Source of the DNA: Stegostoma tigrinum
Taxonomy: Eukaryota
Assembly: GCF_030684315.1 (NCBI RefSeq)
Contig: NC_081378.1
Span: 24,290,571 to 24,354,570, forward strand
Direction: 5' to 3'
Length of the DNA: 64,000 bases
Notes under the pieces: model-generated
Databases searched by the model: none
What the model was told of the DNA's origin: nothing
What the model saw: the letters and a program-made list of their open reading frames with translations, nothing else
In this document: piece by piece, positions 1-13,240 of the stretch
Position numbering within the stretch: the stretch's first letter is position 1
How the letters are laid out: each line of letters starts with the position of its first letter
Position numbers and translations under genes: made by a program

Positions 1-1330
1 TACCCTGATTCTCAGAAACATCCTTGGAGATTACGCTGCAGCTACAAGGACCAAAGAAAAATACTGTTCCCAGCAAACGGGAGATGAGATTAGGCTCCGG
101 AAATAAGGTGGTATGGAAGTGAAGTGAAGTGAAGTGATCAGGAAGGTGGTATACTCTTGGATATAGTGCTGTAAGAGTTTCATTGATCTCATCAGCATAG
201 AGAGGTGAGAGGTGTGCAATATTCAAGTACCAATCCCCTCATTCTGATCTACCAAGCCTGCTCAGCACTACTCCTCAAACCAACAAGGCTTGTATGGTCA
301 TTCATCCATTTCTCAAGGGAAAAGCTCAGATTCCTATCCGAATACCAGCTCAACATACCCTCATCTTGCCGTTTCCTGGTCATCTTCCACAAAACTATGT
401 GTGCCATCCTCTCAAGTCATTCCATTTTACAGACTCCTAGCTCTGTTCTTTACTTCTTGCAGGAGATTAGAGGGAAGAACAAGGGCGAGGCAGAGAACCA
501 GGTGGGCCCTCGGTCATTTTCTTCAAAAGTCAGTGACAATGCACTGGAGATCAGCATGAAAATCATAGGAGGAGGAGAAAGGTGGGAGTTCTCAGATAAC
601 AAGTGCCAGGATTTGATATCATGCTGCACTCAACAAATAACACCTGAGGTCAGTAGTCAATGAAATAACATCCATACAGTAACAAGTTTGAGACTTTTCA
701 TCTCCTGTGCAAAGTTTGAAGCACCTACAGAAGTTGGTACAAGAGGAAGAGGATGACAAAGATGATTCATCTAGTCAGAAGAGGCTGCGCATTCCGTAAA
801 GCACAATCACAAACCTTCCACCTTGTTGGAACTTCAATACAGATAGTCGAGTTGTCACAATAAAATCAGCATCCAAAAAGAAGGAAGCAAGTTTTACATA
901 CAGAGAGATAGCAATGGAAAATAAATTGGGAGGGTGCAGGATTCTCTGATCTCTGCACGGTTGATCATAGATTCAAAACAAATTTGTTAGGGATGGCAGG
1001 GCAGCATTGGGAACAGCAACACAAACTATGCCCTTAGGAATAGTGACAGAACCTTGCAATGCGCACTGAGAGGGAGAAATTGGAGGAATTGAAGTCTCTA
1101 GCTTGAACATTGAGAGATTGCAAAGGCCTGGATGATGCCCACCTCCGTGTGGACAGATGCATGGAACACCAAGAACACAAAGGCAGCAGATTACACATCG
1201 GACCCATACAGTAACTCAGCCAGCTTAATTCAATTAGAAGAAAGCCTGGCTGATCAGCATCTTAGTGAAGTGCAGCAAAGTATCTGGCTTTTGGGTGGCA
1301 GGAAACTGCAGGTAAATATAAGAGGAAAGA
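1..1330 (+). mobile_element. Decayed PIF/Harbinger transposon, Myb/SANT-like accessory ORF region
   Basis: Broken frames at 3-195 read P*FSETSLEI...LFP...SWI*CCKSFIDL, resembling Harbinger Myb/SANT domains (PRFS..LE.L...W.QC.K.F.DL); convergent with the transposase remnant at 1.85-2.7 kb. Right boundary approximate. Confidence 0.55.
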
Positions 1331-1849
1331 AATCATAACCATAAGACGTAGGGCAAAGTAGGACAGTCAGCCCGTGGAGTTTGCTCTACTATTCAATGAG
1401 ATTATGATTGATCTCCTTAGCTTCATTTTATTGTCTTTTTTCCATAACCCTTGATTCCCTTACTGATTAAAAAGGAGTCTCAGCCTTGAGCAAGCCAACA
1501 GCTCTCTGTAGTAAAGAATTCCACAGTCATTAAACAAAATACTCTTACTCCTTCCCTTCACCATCAGCAATGAAAGCCCCACAGGCTGTCTCTTGTGCTG
1601 ATAATAGTTTGTCCATCCACAGATGAATAGTCCTTGATGGAGACCTCAAAAGGTTCCAAAACCCAGAGGATATGGTCACGAGCATCAAAACAAATTTGGA
1701 ATGAGCAGCCTACCTCTAGCTCTCCTGGAATCACAGCAACAAACATAACAGGAAAAGGAACTTTGTTGCTATACAAGGAAAATCACTTTGGTGATTAAAT
1801 GTTTCTTAATTTTTCACTTTTGTCAAAATGTGTGTCATAAGCTTTACTT

Positions 1850-2720
1850 CAAATCGCCACTGTCAGTCATCTCTTCTGTGGCATCTTGCTTATCAAACAC
1901 CCGGTCTGGAGGAAAATGAAATGAGAAGGAAAGACGACAAAGCGCTTGGTGTTAGTGAAATAAAGGGATTACTGACTGCAGAATACTTTGTACAGGGCTG
2001 GGGGATACCTGGATCATATCTTCAGCACCCAAATGGCTTCTTCAAGGACTTCTGTGGCTTTGGTCACACTTTTCCCACATGTCAACGATGTCTTCACAAA
2101 AGTCAGTCATTTTCATAAAAGAAAGCCTTTGTCTCCAAGAAGCCATCCACTGACTTTGTTTGAAGATACAATGATCCATGGAAGACTCGACTGGTAAGAA
2201 TTAAGACATCATGTCATTATCCTTGTTACTTTGCACAGGCAATCTTCTAGAGGTTACACTCCAACAGAATCTTAATTTGGTGAAAGCCTTTTGATTGATA
2301 AAGCCCACTGGTTTGATCTCAGAGCATCATGATTGAACTCATGCAATAATTTAAGGCATTCGGCACAAGTGGGAACAAAACCAACAGTGCAAAGTGAAGG
2401 GTGCTTTTGATCTTGCTGGCCTCATCAACCGCAAAGCTGGCAATAACCTGGAGCTCACCTGACAGATGATCTCGAGTCTTGTAGATTGATGTCTGCAAGA
2501 GTTCACATCAGCCGATCCCGTGAATAGAGAAAAAGTGATTCAAAGTTATGCTGACCATGACTACTCCGCCAAGGCCTCCCCGCCTGGCCCACTAAAAAAA
2601 CAACTTTCACTAGGAGGTTGCAGATGTCAGGGACAACCTGCCACAGAAGTCTGAACCCAAGAAACTGCTGCTAAGTGGTGCTCAGGAAGCTGATCTTTTG
2701 CCCGTATACTTTGTGTTGAG
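1850..2720 (-). mobile_element. Decayed Harbinger DDE transposase (HARBI1-like)
   Basis: Minus-strand remnants FINQK.FH, GWLLGDKGF and EEAI.VLK match the Harbinger motifs NRKGFHS, LLGDxGY and ERxIGxLK; many stops and frameshifts. Confidence 0.7.
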
Positions 2721-3559
2721 AGCATTGCTTCCTCTACTAAAGTCTGAGACAGAAACGTGCAAGTAGCTTTTCGGCTATACAGAAAGCTGACAGCTGCAAA
2801 GTATGTCTCAAAGGCAAAACAAAGTCAAAGACAAAGACAACAGGAATGAGCTCAATCTTGGAAATCACCTCTAAAATATAGAAAGCAACCTCTCAGGATA
2901 AATTTAAGCAAAAGTCTTTCAATTGGGCAAAGCAATAGCAGCCATTGCTCTGAATTTGAAAGGTTTTCTAACCTTTCAATTACACAAACTATTCCTGTTC
3001 CTTCTGTTCCCGTCTCACTAAACTGTCAAGTTACAGAAAACCCAGAAAACCAGTGGTGATCTGGCAGTTAAATATCACATGCAGGGTTAAAGCTGCAGTC
3101 ACCACTGTTCTGTTGACAAGTCATTGTACTCAAAACATTAACCCTGCTTTCTTTCCACGGATGCTGCGAGACCTGTTGAGTTTTGCCAGTTATTTCTGTT
3201 TTTTTTTCAAATTTGCAGTACTTTTATAGTTTGTAGTCAATGAGCTTTTTTGCACGTTTAAATCTCAAAACTGCCTGTCAATCAGGGGTTTACTTGCCCA
3301 CATAAGAATTGCACAAGCTAAAGGGAGGAGAGTAGATTCCTGGCAGAGGGGTATATTTTATTACTTTACTGCCAGCACACTGGCAGAGTGGCTTTTTCAG
3401 CTGCTAAATTGTTTCACCCAGTCTTGCTTTCAGGGGCACTACGGTCCACGTGGTAAGGATGGGGTCAACTATTTTTTCCCTCCTGTTTGTGCCCTCACTA
3501 CCTGCTGCAGACCCAGTATAGCAAAAGTGTTCATTAGAAAGCCAACCAGCTCAAATCAG

Positions 3560-4230
3560 TAGTGCTGCTGTCAAGCTACTGTTGGTGGTAGACAATGAAA
3601 TTCCCCCCCACTAAGCACAAGTTACACACTTGGCATGCTCAGTGCCTTCTCTAAGGGTTATTAAACATGGAGGAGTACTGATTCATCAGCCAAGGGAGAT
3701 GGTATGTGATACTCAACGGGAAGTTTCCTTGTCCATGTTTATCTTGATACCAGGAGGCTTCATACTGTGTTGATTCAATGCGGAGGTCTTCCAGAGCAAC
3801 ACTCTCTCGACTATAGACCATTGAGCCACCACCTCTGTGGGACAAGACATATCTAGGAATAGGATGGTGGTGTCTGGGATATTGATTATTTTAGGCTATG
3901 GCTTGACTAGTCTGTGAGACAGCTCTCCCAGTTTTGAATCTAGCCGTCAGATGTTAGTAAGGACGGCTTTGCAGGCTCAACAGGGCTGTTTCTGCCATTG
4001 TCTTTTCTGATGCCTAGATCGTTGCCAGGTGGTCCATTCGGTTTCATTGCTTTGTTGAGACTTTGTAGCGAGTGATACAACAGAGTGGCTTGCTAGACCA
4101 TTTCAGAGGGAAGTTGAGCCAACTACACTTCTGTGGGTCTGGGGTCACATGTTGAGCAGATTAGGTGAAGGGGGCTGATTTCCCTCCTTGAAGGTCATTA
4201 AATGATCCAGATGGGTTTTTGTGACAATTG
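3560..4230 (-). mobile_element. L2/CR1-clade non-LTR retrotransposon fragment (5'/endonuclease part)
   Basis: Clearly similar to 60180-60900 (e.g. tagtctgtgagacagctctccca, cagggctgtttctgccattgtctttt). Confidence 0.7.
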
Positions 4231-4689
4231 CCAACTGAAGGCAAATTGGCTGCTTTTTGGTGAAGCTACAACAGACAGATAGAACTATAGTTTCAGAGCT
4301 ATTTCACCAACAAAAACTCAACCAATATGTCAACGACTATCCCAATTATTTTACTGCACTGCTGACTTGTTTTTTTTAAAAAAGGCATCTGTTCACTGCA
4401 AGTGCTCTTCAGGAACCTAATTTTGACATACCTTTTTGACAGACTTGGGTTGCAAATGTGTCTCTTTAGGGCCAATAGCTTTGGCACTACATTTGCCAGT
4501 TTAGTAGCAAAATTGACACTGAACTGCTTCTGTTCACATCTAGTGCAGTACCCAAGAGCATCTTGGTTAACAAAGAGGAACATGTACATGCACTGAAAGG
4601 GTGCAGTAATCATGATGTCAGTGGCTAATGCTGATGTGATACTTGACATGCTACTTCTGACCTGATGAAAAGGAGTGGTAAAGCATTCC

Positions 4690-5290
4690 TTTAATATACA
4701 CAGCTAGACAGCCAGTCAGCAGCATGAAGGCCCTTCCACCATAAAGAAGAAACATTAATGTTCAGGTTAGCTCCAGATTGCTTTCTACTGGCTCCGTTGA
4801 GAGCTTGGGGCGGTGTCGGATGTTTGTAGAACTCAATGGCATTTAATAAGATTTGCAGGACGTGGTGCTGTATGTGTGGAAGATGTTGCTGGTTACTGCA
4901 AGGGCTTTCAGCACACCATTTTCTTCCAGATGGTGGGGTTACAGGATTGATCTCTTTTGGTTGCAACGTGAGAGGGGAATAGCGCAAGAGATTGCAAAGA
5001 AGATGAGTTATTTGCAGAGTAAGACAGAAGGAGAACTCCAACCAGGAGGCTTTATCCACCCAAGGTCTTCCAGGGGCACTTCTCTCACCTCCACCTAATT
5101 TGTGTCAGCAAATCTGCTTAAGCTTCATAAAGGGAGTACTCACAGAACTCTTCTATCTCTAGGAACCAGACCTGCAGTCTCAACATGGAGCAAGATGGCC
5201 CTGGTCAATAACTGAAGTTGACAATGCCCCTCAATTGCCGAGACTGGTCCATTTCACAGTTCGTCATCATTTGTCACAAGGAAGTAAATG
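4690..5290 (+). mobile_element. Harbinger transposase N-terminal remnant
   Basis: Frame near 5060-5150 reads PKVFQGHFSHLHL...KGVLTEL, like the HARBI1-type N-terminus; heavily decayed. Confidence 0.4.
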
Positions 5291-6549
5291 AAGGCTCTCG
5301 TGTTAGGAGAGAAGGTTTCATTATGTCCTCTGCATTCACTTGGCTTTGCCAAAATAGCTGCATGGCACCCCAACTCTTATATTCAATGCACTGACCAATT
5401 CAGGCAAGTATACCACACACCTTCTTCACCACCCTGTTTACCTGCAACTCCACTTTCAAGGAACTATGCACCTGCACTCCAATGTCCCTTTGTTTAGTAA
5501 TATTCCTCAGGAACCCCAACATTAAGTGTATAAGTCCTGCCCTGATTTGCCTTACCAAAATGCAGCACCTCTCATTTATCTAAATTAAACTCCTTCTGCC
5601 ACTTTTCTGGAATAGTCACAGCCTGAGGTTTTAATCGTTGGAACCAAAGCCAAATTACATACTTGCATTCTGAATATGCTTCTTTTGTCTCCTCTTCTTT
5701 CTGCTCAAATGCTCAATGGTAAAATGAAACGAAACCATTAAGGTTACCATTCAATACGTATCCTGGCAAACATACAATCTATTTATCTCGCACCAGTAAT
5801 CTGCTCTAATAAGCATTCAGCCAGCACGTTAAATCAGAGGGTGGCTGCCAGGTGAGAAAGATTATCTGCTGGCCAATTGGCTATTGACTCTCCTTCGCAA
5901 CGAAACAACGTAAAGCATGGCTGTTGTAAAATGAAATGCTAGGAGTCTCAAGAAACAGCACTGAGTAGATAAATTTGGGGTGTTGATGTATCAAACCTCA
6001 ACTGTTTTGGAGGAGCCCTGCAGTACTCACCCGAGCGAGCATCTCATTTTGTGGTAACTTGTTAATTTTCCACAGTCTGTCTGTCTGGTTGTGGTTGACC
6101 ACTGGCCACTCGTATACAGGCTTCAACTTTACAATGACAGTATTGATTTTAGTAACGTTAACACAGATATGGACATATGCATCTGTAACACTTTGATTCA
6201 TGAAGACAAATTGAAGAAGGCTGTTTTAATCTGGCCTTGGCCAATTCCCGCAGTAACTTTCATCACTCTGGCTGCTGACAGACGGCTGTGGAGAGGTGTC
6301 AGTAAGGCTCAGTCACTAAAGTCCATGAATTCATCACATACGTTTAAACACTCCGAGCTTGAAGCTCCAGGTTCAAGACTTACCTGCCCTAGAGGTATGT
6401 TACAGCATATCCAGATCTCATGATCTGCCACAGATGCAATGAAAATATTAACCAAAAGACCACTGGTTCCACAAGCACCTCAAGAAGGAATAAAAGGAGG
6501 CATTCACATATCTATGAGCGATAGTAAGAACTGTAAGAGATAGTAAGTT

Positions 6550-6746
6550 AGAGAATAACACAGTGTAGAGCTGGAGGAACACACAGCAGGCCAGGCAGCA
6601 TCAGAGGAGCAGGAAAGCTGACGTTTCAGGTCGGGACCCTTCTTCACAACTTTCTGAAGAAGGGTCCCGGCCCAAAAACATCAGTTTTCCTGCTCCTCTA
6701 ATGCTACCTGGCCTGTGTTCCTCCAGCTCCACACTGTGTTTTCTCT
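6550..6746. mobile_element. Short fold-back Penelope-derived element with two degenerate hammerhead cores
   Basis: Two inverted arms centred near 6650; gtgaagaagggtcccgacctgaaacgtc on minus and ctgaagaagggtcccggcccaaaaacatc on plus. Confidence 0.8.
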
Positions 6747-7707
6747 AATCACACATCTATGGTTGTGATAGGAGTGTATCATATGATTCCAGTTCCCAGG
6801 AATAAAATCCCAGTCTGCCATTGTTCAACCATATCAGTCCTCATTGGCCCTCTTTTATGGACCATCACAGGCTATAACCCTAATGAAGCCTGCTGCCATT
6901 CAGCAATATATTCAGCTGAGATGTATGCCACAATCATTACAATTAAGAGGCAGCACAATGTTTTCCTGCATCACCTTGAACAGATTCATCCATTGTGATT
7001 GAGAGGCTGTCAAACTTTAGTCCCTTATGTTTCAATTTGCAAAGAACAAAGAGCCACTTTTCCAATTAAAAATTACAGCTTGCTTTGATTTACTGCTTAA
7101 ATAGTTCAATATGTAATTCCAGTCTCTAGTGATTTCCTAACAGTAGTGGTCATCTTTCAAACTGACTACATTCTTGTTCACCTACGGTCATGGCCACATG
7201 TTGGAAAAAGACATCTGACACACAGACTCACCCTGCAATGTATGAAATTCCTAATTACTTAGCATTGCAAACCCATCAAGTCTATGCATAATTTTATTTT
7301 CTTTTATCCAAACGCAGCCAAGAACTATAGGGAGAATGGTTTCCTTTAATTTTCATCCTGGCTGAGATGGAACCCACTTTAAATGGTTTCTTTTCCTTGA
7401 ATACATGGCTTCTCAATTTTATGACATCTATGATAAATGTTTAAAAACAGGTATTAAGACTGAACTCATTGGAACAATGTGCCCTGATTATATCTTAGAT
7501 TATTCAGCATATGGAAGACTTGTACTCGTGCAACAGCTATACCCCATGCCAAACTGATCTAGGACATCAATACAAATATTATGTGGCAGTGTGGAAAACT
7601 TCCCCAGGTATGTCGTCCTCACAAAAAACAAAACAAATCCAATCTGACCAATAACTCCCACATCACTCAATTCTCAGCAAAAAATAAAATAAATTGTTGA
7701 CAGTGCT

Positions 7708-7920
7708 TTGAGATAGCACGAACTGCAGATGCTGGAGAATCTGAGATAACAAGGTGTAGAGCTGGATGAACACAGCAGGCCAAGCAGAAGAGGAGCAGGA
7801 AGGCTGTCGTTTCGGGCAGAGATCTGAAGAAGGGTCTAGGCCCAAAACATCAGTCTTCCTGCTCCTCTGATGCTGCTTGGCCTGCTGTGTTCATCCAGCT
7901 CTACACCTTGTTATCTATTA
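7708..7920. mobile_element. Short fold-back Penelope-derived element with TSD
   Basis: Inverted arms; TGACAGTGCT duplicated at 7698-7707 and 7921-7930; plus-strand core ctgaagaagggtctaggcccaaaacatc (GAAA mutated). Confidence 0.8.
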
Positions 7921-7984
7921 TGACAGTGCTATGACATGGGTTGCAGCAGGATTCACCTCCTGACTCTACAGTTTTAGTCTAAAC

Positions 7985-8116
7985 AAAAACTAAGAGAACT
8001 GCAGATGCTGTAAATCAGGAACGAAAACAAAATTGCTAGAAATGCTCAGCAGGTCTGGTAACATCTGTGAAGGAGAAAACAGTTAACATTTCGGGTCTGG
8101 TGACCCTTCCTCAGAT
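7985..8116 (-). mobile_element. Family-2 Penelope-derived terminal fragment with hammerhead core
   Basis: Minus 8114-8085 reads CTGAGGAAGGGTCACCAGACCCGAAATGTT; the arm matches 55465-55775. Confidence 0.7.
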
Positions 8117-10589
8117 CAGTCTAAGTCTAAATATGGACAGAAGAGCTCAATTTGAGAGGTGAAGGGACAGTGGATGCCCTTGGCATCAAGGCAGCATTGG
8201 ACTGGGTGCAGCATAAAGGAGCCTTAGTTAAACAGAAGTAAATGGGAAACTAGAATAAAACTGACCGTTAATAAATAAAATAAGCTAGGTTATCACCAGC
8301 CAACCAACTTACCTCATAGGAAATCAGTGCAGAAATTACTTAGGGTGGTGTTCAAGGATCAACCATTGCAAGGTGTTCATCGACGATCTTCCCTCCGTCA
8401 TAAGATCAGAAACGGTGGTGATTTTTAATAACCACCTGGAAAAACGAAGGCTGCTGGTTTATGGGAACACCATCACTTCTAAGTTTTCTCCCCAAAGTCA
8501 CAAATCATTTTGACTTGGAACAGTCACCGTTCTTTTGTTACCCATTTAAAATTTGGAAACGAACTCCAACAGCATTGTGGGTGTATCTACACCAAATATA
8601 AATGCAATGGTTCAAAGGTGGCAGTTCACCACCATCTTCCTGATGGCAATTATGGAAGGGCAATAAAAACTCATCTTGCCAGTAATGTCCATATCCATTA
8701 AATGAATAATTTAAAAAAAATTTTGGTAAGAGAAAAGCTTTTACAAAATGACGCCCTTGAAAGCTCAAATTTGAAATTCCTTACAGTTAGCTTCTTTTGA
8801 TTTACTTGTAGAACTATAAAGGGTAAAATCTGTGATGAGAAGGCAGTCCTAATATATTGATCAATATATTATTTTAAAAAGCTGACATCCAGATAGATTT
8901 AAGGAAACTGGGGCATCAATAATTATGTGGCTGAACAAAGGTAGTAAGTAAAGAAGAAATAAGTATTTAGCCTAACCTCAGCAGTTATTACATGTTCTCA
9001 ACTGCCTGCCTTCTCTGCAAATTCCATCAGCAAACCCGAAGAATCTATTTCTCAGTGGGCTCAAAGGATACAAGGCTATTGTTTGCCCTTTGCTTGTGAG
9101 CATCTGTGTCCTATTGGAGGAATTATCAGTGGAAGTGAGCTAATAAGCCCCTCAGGTCTCTTTCACCATTCCTTAGGATTGCTGATCAACGACCCTGAAG
9201 CATTTTCCGGTGACATCCCCATTATCCTTGGTATGATTAGTAACTAGAAATCTATCAATCTCTGTATTGAATGTGGTTGAGATTACAAATTCCCTTAGGA
9301 GTAGGTAATTCCAAAAGATTCATTACCCTCCAAATGAAGCTATTTCTCCTAATCTCAAAATGACTCACCCCTTATTCTATGACTGTCTCCTAGTGCTAGG
9401 TCCTTGACCCTCACATCCCCACCAGACACGGGACTCATTCTTTTCACATCATAGTCTATCCTTTTAAGAATTTCTCGGATCTCTTCTCATTCTTGTTAAC
9501 TTTCAACTTGGTTTTCATAGGACAGTCATGCAATCTAAGGAATTAGTCTGGTGCACTTCCACTCTACTCTCGCCATCATAGCTTTATCCTTACTTATGCA
9601 AGGGGGCCAAAAGTACACACAAGTGCCAGATACCAGTTCACCAAGGTTCTGTACAACTAAAGCAAATTAGTTGCAGCCCAAATCTGTAGAAGCACAGCAT
9701 ACTGTGATAAATGACACTGCTAATAGCAAATCTAATCTCCCAACCTGGTATGGTGCTATCCACAGGTAGCAAGACAGAGTCTGTGCAGGAACTGTTCAAT
9801 GGATAAGTGCTAGTTGCCTGAGAGCAGTGCTACACATTGCGTAAATTGTTACATGATGAGTACCCAAAGCAAAAGTGCAAGAATTAAGGAATTAATACGT
9901 ACCAAGAAGAAAGTTGTGAGCTATCACAGTATATTACATCGTCCCTCCTGACGTGATTCTATTTTAACACTTAAATCACATCCTCTGAAAATTCTAACTT
10001 TTTAATCTTATTCACTTTTCAGAATGCCTCCTGAGCTGCACTTTCTATATCAAAATTTAACTAAATTATTAAAGCAGAAGGGTCTTCTTCCTCCCCACAG
10101 CACAGCTTAATATGTCAGGCAATTTTATTCATTGCTAGCATTCCTTTAAATAGTCACAGGCCTTCATGAAATGGCCAATAGATTCTAGGAGTGTCAGACA
10201 GCCTTTTCGTTCTGAGGGCTGGGGTCGAAGGGAGCTTGATCAGTGTCAAGGACTCTCCGTTTGTATGTAAAGGGTGACTTGGAGACAGGATACCAGCCAT
10301 TCTGGAGTTATTTCAGAGATCACAGTTATTGGCAATTGTTTATAATTCCAAAACAGTGTATGAGCCACTGTTCCACAGCTGGGATGCATATGTTAAGTGA
10401 GTTTATGATTCAGGAAAGTCCCCATTTTAGCTTCTTCAAAATTACAGTTTCCAACTAGTATTTGTAAAAGACCAAAGTAAGTTACTACACATAATTTGCC
10501 GATTTCCATCTGTGAAATTATATACTACAAAACATCTTCAGTTCTGGCTGCTGGTAACAACATCAGGGCTTAATATACAAAATGCTTAC

Positions 10590-10728
10590 CATGAATGTTT
10601 CCAAGTTCAATATTGCCAGTAGAAGAGGACAGACTTGAAGATTCAGCATAAATATACTTTGTTTTCAGTGTGCCATCAGTGGTGGAAATATTCATGTTTG
10701 CTCCTTGCAATTTTTCAATTTCTACAAT
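10590..10728 (-). CDS. FAM185A: FAM185A coding exon 4
   Basis: ttcttcAG|...|GTaag, 139 bp; IVEIEKLQGANMNISTTDGTLKTKYIYAESSSLSSSTGNIELGNIH(G) matches recalled human VTIDKLQGSSVTVSTEDGLLKAKYLYTESSFLSSAAGDITLGSVHG; phase continuous with exon 3. Confidence 0.92.
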
Positions 10729-10989
10729 CTGAAGAAAACAATGTGTTATTTCCTCTCATAATTGATAGCACACTTTATTTGGGTCTTGATCCTATCATTA
10801 CTATCCCTGCATTTGTGCAGCGGTAGGATAGGGATAAAATGCAGTTGTCTGAGGGCTGTTGCAGCATAATGACAGTGGCCCATCTCTAAGCCAGAACGTC
10901 TAAATTCAAAGCCTCAGCTGGTGTGTCATAACATCGCTGAACAGGTTGGTTTGGAAAGATGTTAACTACACTTGTGCACCAGATCGCTT

Positions 10990-11580
10990 TCACATTTGTT
11001 ATATCTAGAGGACTAGACTGTAAGAATGCAGAAATTATGCTGCAGTGAGACAAAAACCCTGGTTAGACTCCACATGGAGTACTATCAGCAGATCTGGCCA
11101 CCATACCCGAGGAAACAAATTGGAGGGGTATGATGTAGGCTTGCGACAGTGAGTCCTGGACTTCAGACGTTATATTATGGAGGAGAGATTATACAAGTCG
11201 GGCCTCTTTGCTTTAGGATTTAGAAGGTTAAGGGGCGATCTCTTTGAAATCTTCGAGATACTAACAGGAACACAGAGTAAAGATAAACAATGTCCAATGG
11301 CTGGGGATTGCAGAAGTGGGGGCAAAGTCAGAATTAGGGCCAGACCACTCAGGAGACACATTAGGAAGCACTTCTATGCATCAAGGGTGGGAGAGATTTG
11401 GAACTCTCTTCCATAAATGGCAGTCGATGCTATATCAGTTCAATTTAAATCGGAGATAACACTTCATTAACAAACATATTTAAGCATATGGGCCAAAATC
11501 AGGATACAAGCCACACATCAGCCATAAAATTACTGAATGGCAACACAGACTCAAGGGGCTGAGGCTTAAAGCAAACTCCT
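10990..11580 (+). mobile_element. CR1-type LINE 3' fragment
   Basis: ORF 11177-11416 EERLYKSGLFALGFRRLRGDLFEIFEIL...IWNSLP is the CR1 ORF2 C-terminus. Confidence 0.8.
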
Positions 11581-11839
11581 AATCACGTACCAGGAGACGG
11601 GACAGAGAGAGACCAATAGAGAGGTTGGTGCAGCAGCAAGGGATTGAGGTTTGAGGGATGAGGGCCAGACAGTAGAGTCAGTGTTGAGAGAGATGGAGGA
11701 AGGGGAGAGGGGTTGGGGCAGATAGGGAGACAACAGAGAGAAGTAATAAAAATAGAGAGAGAGCGGCAGTTAAGATGGTAAAAAATGTCCTGCCAGGTTT
11801 CTAAAATGGACATAAAATGATCCTCAAGTATTACTCTCA

Positions 11840-12090
11840 AGAACAACAGGGCATTATTCCCAGTGGCCCGATCAGTATCTTGCCCTCAAAACAATATCAC
11901 ACGCACAAATAAATCAGATTATTTTGGTCCTCTTCCCATTGCTGTTTGCAGGAGTATGCTGCAGAAAAACTGGCTGCCACACTTCTCACGTTACAGCCAT
12001 GACCACATTTCAAATACTACTTCATTAGTAAAACACTTCTGGGTGACCCAGAGTTACGAAAGGTGCCACACAGAAGCACGCTTTCTGTAA
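11840..12090 (+). mobile_element. Ancient Deu-domain-like SINE remnant
   Basis: cagattatttt...cattgctgtttgcaggag...tggctgcc...gaaaggtgc pattern recalled from Deu-domain SINEs; similar remnants near 45820-45955 and 57770-58150. Confidence 0.45.
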
Positions 12091-12559
12091 CTGTCAAGGG
12101 GAGTAGAAAGAAGAGTTTGTTTAAAGAAAAGCAAGCTATTAAGATATGTATCAATTCTCTATTAAATTATTTCTACGTTTCAGTTGAAGCTGGCATTGTT
12201 CCACACTTTTTTGTTATTCTTGAACTAAATTTTTGGGCATATGAAGAGGGTTCATGGTGCAAAGTAAAACCGGTCATTAATGGGAAAAAAGCTACTGCAG
12301 TTGCATAGATAATCGTTAGCAGCGTGAAGAGCTCAGTAAATAAATCTCATAATTGAATGAGGAAAATAATAGTATTTCTACATTACATTCCTAACATTTC
12401 AATTGGGAATATTAGCTGAACAATATTCCTTTGGAATATGCAGGGAGTTTTACCATTGGTCTTTAAATGTGCCACAGCTTTAACATCCCACATCAGGGTT
12501 TCCAGACTGGGAGGCAGGGCAGCAAAGACTCAAAGAGAGTATACCAGCATGGATCAGAA

Positions 12560-13240
12560 CGGTTGATCCACTGGATTCAAAGCTTCTGCAGAAATGGAAA
12601 GGAGACTTAACCCTCGTGTTCTCTCATTCTTACTTAGTGGTGCTGACAGAGGACCAGTGGATGGAAGTGAGGTGATATTTCTCAAGGATGGGTGTGACAG
12701 GGCAGCCTCTTAAATCAAGCAGGAATGCATGGAAGAGGCCAGAAGGTAATCAGCAGAAGTGTGATCCCTCCAACCTGGGTATAAATGCATCAAGTGAATC
12801 AAGGACCTCAGGAAGGCCAGCAAGGTGAGTGAGTGCCACAATACTTTCAAGTTCTAAGCTTCACATGACTGTTTTACACAATTCCTCAGAACACACATTG
12901 CATCTCCAGTTGCTCCTCTTGCCACGCACCTCCTCATATCCCCTCTGGACAACCACAACTTACATTCACCCTCACCTTTTCTGTCATCTCAATCACCTAT
13001 GGCTTATGCTTTTATTCCCTCTTCTCCACATCATTTCTACCATTCACATTTCTGCTTTCTCTCTAAGCAGAGCAAGTGTACTCAAATTTCAGGTAAAGGA
13101 GACATGGGGCGGAGTGGGAGGTGGACTTCCTCCTCAATGCTTATTGGAAGTACATGTCCGTCAGGTCCACCATAAAGGAAGTATTATTCAGAGAGGCTGC
13201 AGATGTCAGCAACAATCTCTCATGATAGTTGAAGCTTCCT
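12560..13240 (+). mobile_element. Harbinger Myb/SANT-like ORF remnant
   Basis: acctgggtataaatgcatcaagtgaatcaaggacctc resembles TW.QC.K.IKDL, followed by a GTGAGT donor; organised like 1-600. Confidence 0.45.

Noticed and set aside
6031-6182. Open minus-strand segment with AG and a strong GTGAGT donor, in phase with FAM185A exon 4
   Set aside because: The peptide (DAYVHICVNVTKIN...) does not resemble the expected FAM185A continuation and the acceptor has a poor pyrimidine tract; the true exon 5 was not found.
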